The notes beneath the pieces are model-generated. The model worked only from the letters and a program-made list of their open reading frames with translations, ran no database searches and was not told where the DNA came from. DNA of 24,000 bases from Bacillota bacterium (GTDB lineage: Bacteria; Bacillota; UBA994; PWPR01): positions 7,751 to 31,750 of the forward strand of contig JANQLZ010000052.1 of NCBI GenBank assembly GCA_028280325.1, in the 5' to 3' direction. A program made the translations under genes and the position numbers. This document shows, piece after piece, positions 16,525 to 24,000 of the stretch. Position 1 is the first letter of the stretch. Each line of letters begins with the position of its first letter.

Positions 16525-16538
16525 TGACTTTAAAGTCA
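16525..16538. promoter_or_regulatory. Perfect 14-bp palindrome TGACTTTAAAGTCA between the AraC-family gene and the glycyl-radical enzyme gene
   Basis: Self-complementary over all 14 nt. Starts 3 nt downstream of a TATAAT hexamer (16517-16522), about 165 nt upstream of ATG 16702. Confidence 0.3.
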
Positions 16539-16701
16539 GAATAAGCTAATAGTCTGCTCCCCTGAAAAAAAGAAGCTGCGTCAGGGGGGCAACAAACTCC
16601 TCCGCACATTTGGCTTTAACTACTCAATAGCCTCGGGTATACTTATGTTATTAAACTGTTTTACTCCTGGTTTATTGAAATTATAATGGAAGTGATATAT
16701 T

Positions 16702-18219
16702 ATGCAATCTAATCTTCAGGATATTATTGAAATTGTAACTAGTCCAACACTGACTCCGCAGCAAAAATTAATTAGCCTGGGGAATACTGCTGAAAGACTT
16801 ATATCTCCCATCGAGCTTCTGGACTATACTGAAACAGAGCTGTTTTACATTAACAAGCAAATGATCTGCGATTTAAATGAAGGCTATGCCCTGTACAGAC
16901 CCAGGTATATTGTGCCAGACTACCGCGTGTTTGTAGAGAATGGCTGCAGGTTTCTGGAATTAGATCCGCCTCAAGACCTGGACGATCTGTTAGATGGGCT
17001 CTTAATCTTGTATACTCATGTGCCCTCAGTAACTTCCTTTCCGGTTTTTATAGGACACTTAGATAGCTTAATTGAACCATTTTTAACTGATGAAGCAGAG
17101 GACTATAGAAAAATTAAACGATTTCTAAACCATATAGACAAAACCATCACTGACTCTTTCTGTCATTCCAACATCGGGCCTGCAGAAAGCAACGCTGGGA
17201 GACTGATATTAAAGGCTGTTGTGGAGTTGGGTAATCCAACGCCTAATATGAGCATTCGCTATGATAAACAGAAAACATCGAGAGAGTTTGCTAAGCTGGC
17301 AGTAGCTGCCTGTTTACAGGTGTCCAAACCATCCTTCTCTAATGATGCATACTACAATAGCGAAATTGGTAGTCATGCTATCTGTAGCTGTTACAACGCG
17401 CTACCTTTAGCAGGTGGGGCCTACACTTTATCACGTTTAAGGCTGGGTACTATTGCTAAAGAAGCAGATAGCCTCGACATATTAATTAATGAACTGTTGC
17501 CCAAGGTATCAAAGTTGATGCTTTCAATTATGGATAAGAGGAATGCTTTTATAGTTGAGAAGTCGAACTTTTTTGAGTCCAGTTTTCTCCAAAAAGAGGG
17601 GTTTATCAGTAAAGACAATTTCACAGCCATGTTTGGTATTGTTGGTCTTGCTGATGCGGTTAATAGCATGCTTGCTTTAGAGGGATTAAATGAGACATTT
17701 GGTTCATCTATCAGGGGCGATGAGATAGCCCATTTAATCATGAAGACAATTGAGCTCATTGTAGCTGAGCATCAAGGCAAATACGTTACTAGAACCAATG
17801 ACAGATATCTCCTTCATGCCCAGGTCGGTGCTTCATTACATGAAGAGGATAAAGAGAATACTCCAGCCCATAGAATTAGAGTAGGTGAGGAGCCTGCCTT
17901 GCTTGATCACTTAAAACAGTCCGCTCCATTTCATCGATATTTTCCATCTGGTACTGGAGATCTTTTTGCCTTTGATCAAACCTGGCTAACTCATCCAGAT
18001 GCTGTTTTAGATATCATTGAGGGGGCATTTGCCAGTGGTTACAGGTATATTACCACCTACCTTCAGAACTCGGACTTAATTCGGGTTACAGGATACTTAG
18101 TCAAGAAGAGTGAAGTAGAGAAACTGAGGAGTGATCAGGCTGTCTTGAGAGATACGACAATCTACGGTATGGGCACTGCAGATAATAGCCAGGTATTTGA
18201 TCGTAGGCTGAGAAAATAA
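16702..18219 (+). CDS. yjjI: YjjI-family glycine radical enzyme (DUF3029)
   Basis: 505 aa, unusually short for a GRE. C-terminal glycyl-radical signature LIRVTGYL (Gly464, nt 18091-18093). Candidate Cys loop AICSCYNALPLAGG. An activase gene starts 4 nt downstream. Confidence 0.8.
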   Translation: MQSNLQDIIEIVTSPTLTPQQKLISLGNTAERLISPIELLDYTETELFYINKQMICDLNEGYALYRPRYIVPDYRVFVENGCRFLELDPPQDLDDLLDGLLILYTHVPSVTSFPVFIGHLDSLIEPFLTDEAEDYRKIKRFLNHIDKTITDSFCHSNIGPAESNAGRLILKAVVELGNPTPNMSIRYDKQKTSREFAKLAVAACLQVSKPSFSNDAYYNSEIGSHAICSCYNALPLAGGAYTLSRLRLGTIAKEADSLDILINELLPKVSKLMLSIMDKRNAFIVEKSNFFESSFLQKEGFISKDNFTAMFGIVGLADAVNSMLALEGLNETFGSSIRGDEIAHLIMKTIELIVAEHQGKYVTRTNDRYLLHAQVGASLHEEDKENTPAHRIRVGEEPALLDHLKQSAPFHRYFPSGTGDLFAFDQTWLTHPDAVLDIIEGAFASGYRYITTYLQNSDLIRVTGYLVKKSEVEKLRSDQAVLRDTTIYGMGTADNSQVFDRRLRK

Positions 18220-18223
18220 GCAA

Positions 18224-18988
18224 ATGAGATTACCAGTACATCGGATAATACCTTTTGCTAATGTAGATGGTTTGGGGAATAGAACCAGTATTTTTGTGCA
18301 GGGCTGCAATGCCAATTGCTTGTATTGCCATAATCCCGAAACAATTCCTATGAAAAGCAGGGAGTCCACCTTGTTTTCTGTTGAGGAGTTGGTAAGTGTT
18401 ATAAAGAACAGTATGCCTTTTATCCGAGGTATTACTGTCTCAGGTGGGGAGCCTACCTTATATCAACATTTTCTCACTGAGCTTTTTAAACAGGTACACG
18501 ATTTAGGACTGACCTGTTATGTAGATACCAATGGGTTCTTTAACTACAACCAACTGCAAAACCTTATTGAGCAGACAGATAAATTTCTTTTTGATATCAA
18601 GGGATTGGGCCAATCTTTAGAACAGCTGTGTTTTTCAGGTTTTCTCAATCAACGGGTAGTCTTAGCAAGGAACTATCAGCAAAGATTTGTTATAGGTGAT
18701 GAGCATTTTAAAAACCTGGCGCAACTACTCCAACAGGATAAGATTGAGGAGGTGCGCTTAGTATCTATTAAGCATCATTATGATGAATATGGTATTTTAG
18801 AGAAAATTGCGGACCTGATCAAACCATACCCAAAGGTGTGTTTAAAACTAATCAGAGTTCACACCAGAGGGCTGCCTGAGGAGAGAGCTATAAAGCTTAA
18901 AGGGAAGGAACCCAGTAGGGCAGAGCTGACCCTACTAGAAGAATATGCCCGCTCTTTGGGATTAAAGAATATCATTAAGATTATCTGA
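18224..18988 (+). CDS. yjjW: YjjW-family glycyl-radical enzyme activase (radical SAM)
   Basis: 254 aa. N-terminal FANVDGLGNRTSIFVQGCNANCLYCHNPE (C28-x3-C32-x2-C35). GGEPTL SAM-binding motif. Confidence 0.8.
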   Translation: MRLPVHRIIPFANVDGLGNRTSIFVQGCNANCLYCHNPETIPMKSRESTLFSVEELVSVIKNSMPFIRGITVSGGEPTLYQHFLTELFKQVHDLGLTCYVDTNGFFNYNQLQNLIEQTDKFLFDIKGLGQSLEQLCFSGFLNQRVVLARNYQQRFVIGDEHFKNLAQLLQQDKIEEVRLVSIKHHYDEYGILEKIADLIKPYPKVCLKLIRVHTRGLPEERAIKLKGKEPSRAELTLLEEYARSLGLKNIIKII

Positions 18989-19051
18989 AGAAGCCTACTG
19001 GGCCTGTTAGCAGATCATTGCTTGCATTACAACTTTAATACTAATCATGAT

Positions 19052-19597
19052 CTAATCTTTTGATCGTAGGTTTAACCATTCCTCACGTAGAATACCATAA
19101 CTCACCGAATCATAGTATTGACCTTCAACTATTCTGGCCTTTCTGTAAACCGCTTCGCATTTAAGGCCTGTTTTCTCAGCCAGTTTAACCATTCTGGTGT
19201 TTCCGGACCAGGTACTAAGGCCTAATCTCACTATCTCAGGGTATTGACAGAATACCTCATCAATCCACATTGGCAAAGCTTGAAACCCAATACCCTTACC
19301 CCAGTATTGCTCATTAAAGACTACTATTCCGATTTCCATCCATAGTGTTTCCTGTGATCTCCAGTGACAGGTTACTTCACCTATGACTTGATCAGTTTCC
19401 TGATCAGCGATTATTCTTCTTTTTTGATGAATGGCTTTGTCATTGTTTAGTAGTTTTTCTCTTACTTTTTCTATGAGCTTTTTTAATTGCTCTTCAGTTT
19501 CCTGCTCGAAATAGGGTCCATTGAACTTGTGGTGTAACCGGCTAGGGTGCCTTAAGTAGTAATAGTCCTCTAAATCCTCAATTTTAAAACATCTCAA
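19052..19597 (-). CDS. GNAT-family N-acetyltransferase (RimJ/RimL-like)
   Basis: 181 aa from TTG 19597. Acetyl-CoA motif YWGKGIGFQAL. The SD aaaggag lies about 30 nt upstream, and the frame stays open to an ATA at 19621-19619, so the true N-terminus is uncertain. Confidence 0.75.
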   Translation of the reverse strand: MRCFKIEDLEDYYYLRHPSRLHHKFNGPYFEQETEEQLKKLIEKVREKLLNNDKAIHQKRRIIADQETDQVIGEVTCHWRSQETLWMEIGIVVFNEQYWGKGIGFQALPMWIDEVFCQYPEIVRLGLSTWSGNTRMVKLAEKTGLKCEAVYRKARIVEGQYYDSVSYGILREEWLNLRSKD

Positions 19598-19885
19598 ATA
19601 AACTGATTTACGCTCTCGTATAGTATAACACTCCTTTATAGGTCTGATATTATAGACTGTGTTCCTTTATCATTATGACAAAATTGCATTAAAATTGCTA
19701 TATGTTATTTTATTTCTACGAAAAATTTTTTGACATTCCTTAAGAGTAACCAGGAATACAATAAGTTTTGGCAAAAAAGAATGAAAAGCAATAGCTGGAA
19801 GATTGCAAAATAAGAATAACCGAATAACCAGTCATTCGACAGACAGCCTTTGAAGTTGAAGCAAGGAAAACGGTTGAAGGGTTTT

Positions 19886-19934
19886 AAAAAGAGCCTAGCA
19901 TTAGCAATAATTTTGCTGGTGCAGGCTCTTTTTT
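19886..19934. terminator. Bidirectional intrinsic terminator downstream of katG
   Basis: AAAAA-AGAGCCTAGCATTAGCAA-taat-TTTGCTGGTGCAGGCTCT-TTTTT. About 17 bp of stem with one bulge. An A-run precedes it and a T-run follows, so it reads as a terminator on both strands. Confidence 0.65.
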
Positions 19935-19949
19935 GCTGGTTAATTATTT

Positions 19950-22151
<2,202 letters not shown>

Positions 22152-22315
22152 TTAAATTAACATACAATTAGCAATTTGATGTGGGTGCATATTTACAGAC
22201 TCTGAGCACTATAATTCAACCGTTTTACTTGATTAAATTCTGCTTCTGTTCTATTATAATACAAGAAAGAAGAAACAAAAAGGAACAAATATGTTTGTTG
22301 TCTGGAGGCTAATAA

Positions 22316-22639
22316 ATGAGCAAAAAGATGAATGAAGGCTTTAAGTTAATACATGATATTTTCAGAAAGAAGTGGGTTCCTGAGATAATTCAATCTATTG
22401 TGTCTGGTAATGCCAGCTATACTGATATTGCAGATAGTATTGAGTATATCAGCAAAACAGAGCTCAATAGAAAGCTGGCAATGCTGCAAGAAAGACAGGC
22501 CGTCAAAAAAATGTCAGTAGCAGGAAAAGAGGGGTATTATATAACCCCTTTTGGAAGTGATTTGAACCATATCTTTAATCATTTTATTGAAATGAGTGAC
22601 AAATATATTTCGAAAACTTCAAATGTTGAATTGGTCTAG
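22316..22639 (+). CDS. HxlR-type winged-helix transcriptional regulator
   Basis: 107 aa. FRKKWVPEIIQSI...YTDIADSIEYISKTELNRKLAMLQERQAV...GYYITPFG matches the HxlR pattern (gkW..il..l, L...L..Le, Y.lT..G). SD ggagg. Divergent from katG. Confidence 0.7.
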   Translation: MSKKMNEGFKLIHDIFRKKWVPEIIQSIVSGNASYTDIADSIEYISKTELNRKLAMLQERQAVKKMSVAGKEGYYITPFGSDLNHIFNHFIEMSDKYISKTSNVELV

Positions 22640-22684
22640 TTTTTTACTTAGCTCATTGGTAGTGTAGAGTGAGGAGTATGCTAA

Positions 22685-23557
22685 ATGCATTTTAAAAAAG
22701 TTAAAGGCATTTTAAGTGCTAAAAATGGTATGAATATCTATCGAGGCTGTACCCATGGCTGTATTTACTGTGATAGTCGAAGTAAGTGCTACAATATGGA
22801 TCACGATTTCGAGGATATTCAAGTGAAAATCAATGCCCCGGAACTGCTTGAAGATCGTTTAAGACGCAAAAGAGAAAAATGTATGATCGGTACTGGTAGC
22901 ATGAGTGATCCTTATATTGGCCTCGAGAGTGAGTTAGGCTATACCAGAAAGTGCTTAGAAATTATCAATAAACATGGGTTTGGGTTAGCTATTTTAACAA
23001 AGTCAAATCGAATATTACGCGACTTGGATTTGCTAAAGTCAATTAATGAAAAAGCAAAATGCGTAGTGCAGATCACTTTAACCACCTATGATGAAGAATT
23101 GTGCAAAATAGTGGAGCCCAATGTTTCAACAACAAAGGAAAGGGCTGAAGTCCTGAAGATTCTGCATCAAGAGCAGATCCCCACCGTGGTCTGGTTTGGT
23201 CCGCTGCTGCCGTTTATAAACGATACTGAACAGAATCTGCGGGGAATTTTGGATTATTGTATTGATGCTCATGTTTACGGCATTCTCTGCTTTGGCATTA
23301 GCCTCACTTTACGAGAAGGTAATAGGGAATACTTTTACAGAAAACTCGATCAATTCTTTCCTGGACTTAAAGAAAAGTATCACAAAAAATATGGATATAA
23401 TTATGTATTAAATAGCGATAATAATAAACAACTCATGACCCTGTTTAAATCAATCTGTAAAAAACATGGAATTGTCAGCAATACAAAGGAACTTTTTCAA
23501 TACATGAATACCTTTGAACAGAAAAAAGAGTATGAGCAGATGATGCTTTTTGATTAG
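22685..23557 (+). CDS. SPL-family radical SAM protein (SplB/DNA-photolyase-like, COG1533-type)
   Basis: 290 aa. N-terminal GMNIYRGCTHGCIYCDSR (CxxxCxxC), with length and layout typical of this family. SD gaggag. Confidence 0.75.
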   Translation: MHFKKVKGILSAKNGMNIYRGCTHGCIYCDSRSKCYNMDHDFEDIQVKINAPELLEDRLRRKREKCMIGTGSMSDPYIGLESELGYTRKCLEIINKHGFGLAILTKSNRILRDLDLLKSINEKAKCVVQITLTTYDEELCKIVEPNVSTTKERAEVLKILHQEQIPTVVWFGPLLPFINDTEQNLRGILDYCIDAHVYGILCFGISLTLREGNREYFYRKLDQFFPGLKEKYHKKYGYNYVLNSDNNKQLMTLFKSICKKHGIVSNTKELFQYMNTFEQKKEYEQMMLFD

Positions 23558-23678
23558 GAGGCAGACAATAGTAAAAGAGAATTAATGATATATACAGCAT
23601 AAGAAAATTACTAAATAATGATAATCATATTTGCTGCTTATTATCTTAAGTATTTGGAATCAATTGATGCCAAAAAAG

Positions 23679-23707
23679 TTGACAAGAAACATAAGGAGTA
23701 ATACAAT
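23679..23707 (+). promoter_or_regulatory. Near-consensus sigma-A-type promoter
   Basis: TTGACA (23679-23684), a 17-nt spacer, TACAAT (23702-23707). The in-frame ATG at 23712 is only 4 nt after the -10. Confidence 0.45.
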
Positions 23708-23711
23708 AAGA

Positions 23712-23924
23712 ATGGCATTAACTAAGAATACGAATAAACGTATTGAAACTAAAGCAGAGGTTGACTCTTATTTAGCAAAATTGCACTATGCTCTTGATCA
23801 TAGTCAAGTACAAGTCCACTTTATAAAAAAACGTAGAGTTGATTATGAAAAAAATCCGAAATATACAAACCGTTATACAATTGCTGATATATTTCCTGAC
23901 GAAAGCGTGAACTTAGGTTATTAA
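23712..23924 (+). CDS. Small hypothetical protein, probably frameshifted or continuing in another frame to the window edge
   Basis: The track ORF opens at TTG 23631, but the promoter position favours ATG 23712 (MALTKNTNKRIETKAEVDSYL...). After the stop at 23922-23924, another frame stays open from 23900 to the end of the window (RKRELRLLKPDDYIETLKDLRFPKKDELRVFGK...). Confidence 0.3.
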   Translation: MALTKNTNKRIETKAEVDSYLAKLHYALDHSQVQVHFIKKRRVDYEKNPKYTNRYTIADIFPDESVNLGY

Positions 23925-24000
23925 AACCTGATGATTATATTGAGACACTAAAAGATTTACGATTTCCTAAAAAAGATGAGCTGCGAGTATTTGGTAAGAG

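Noticed and set aside
16409-16609. Minus-strand 66-aa ORF overlapping the end of the AraC-family gene and the yjjI leader.
   Set aside because: It overlaps a supported gene, has no SD, and its Cys/Pro-rich start derives from the GC-rich hairpin sequence.
16659-16701. TTTACT-16-TATAAT promoter-like element immediately upstream of yjjI.
   Set aside because: The -10 lies only about 14 nt before the ATG and would exclude the SD (ggaagtga) from the transcript. It is not convincing without TSS data.

Overview
24-kb chromosomal segment of the low-GC Gram-positive type. The Bacillota/Clostridia-like assignment is an inference from GGAGG-type Shine-Dalgarno sites, a glycyl-radical enzyme pair and an SPL-type radical-SAM gene. 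No rRNA, tRNA, CRISPR array, integrase or transposase was seen. The left edge is housekeeping (hflX, rlmD). From about 3.0 to 15.4 kb the window is a mosaic accessory region of small, mostly self-contained modules: a MazG-like NTP pyrophosphohydrolase; a BtrH-like papain-fold enzyme divergent from a WYL regulator; a GT1 glycosyltransferase divergent from a TetR regulator; a SUKH-like protein; a translationally coupled pair of unknown function (an Nmad3-like protein plus an HExxH protein); and an APH-fold kinase split into two ORFs. A 75-nt relic of a second rlmD-like gene follows. The stretch I consider most interesting comes next: a very AT-rich two-gene cassette (11.7-14.3 kb) bracketed by imperfect direct repeats. 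It encodes a membrane-anchored beta-sandwich protein and a 521-aa protein with only the first RecA lobe of an SF2 helicase, fused to two PD-(D/E)xK nuclease-like modules. I propose this as a candidate uncharacterised defence module. The right third holds an AlkD-like gene, an AraC/GyrI regulator next to the orphan YjjI/YjjW glycyl-radical enzyme pair, a GNAT acetyltransferase, katG, an HxlR-type regulator, an SPL-family radical-SAM protein and a small, possibly frameshifted ORF at the window edge. All functional calls come from motif reading by eye; no database search was possible.
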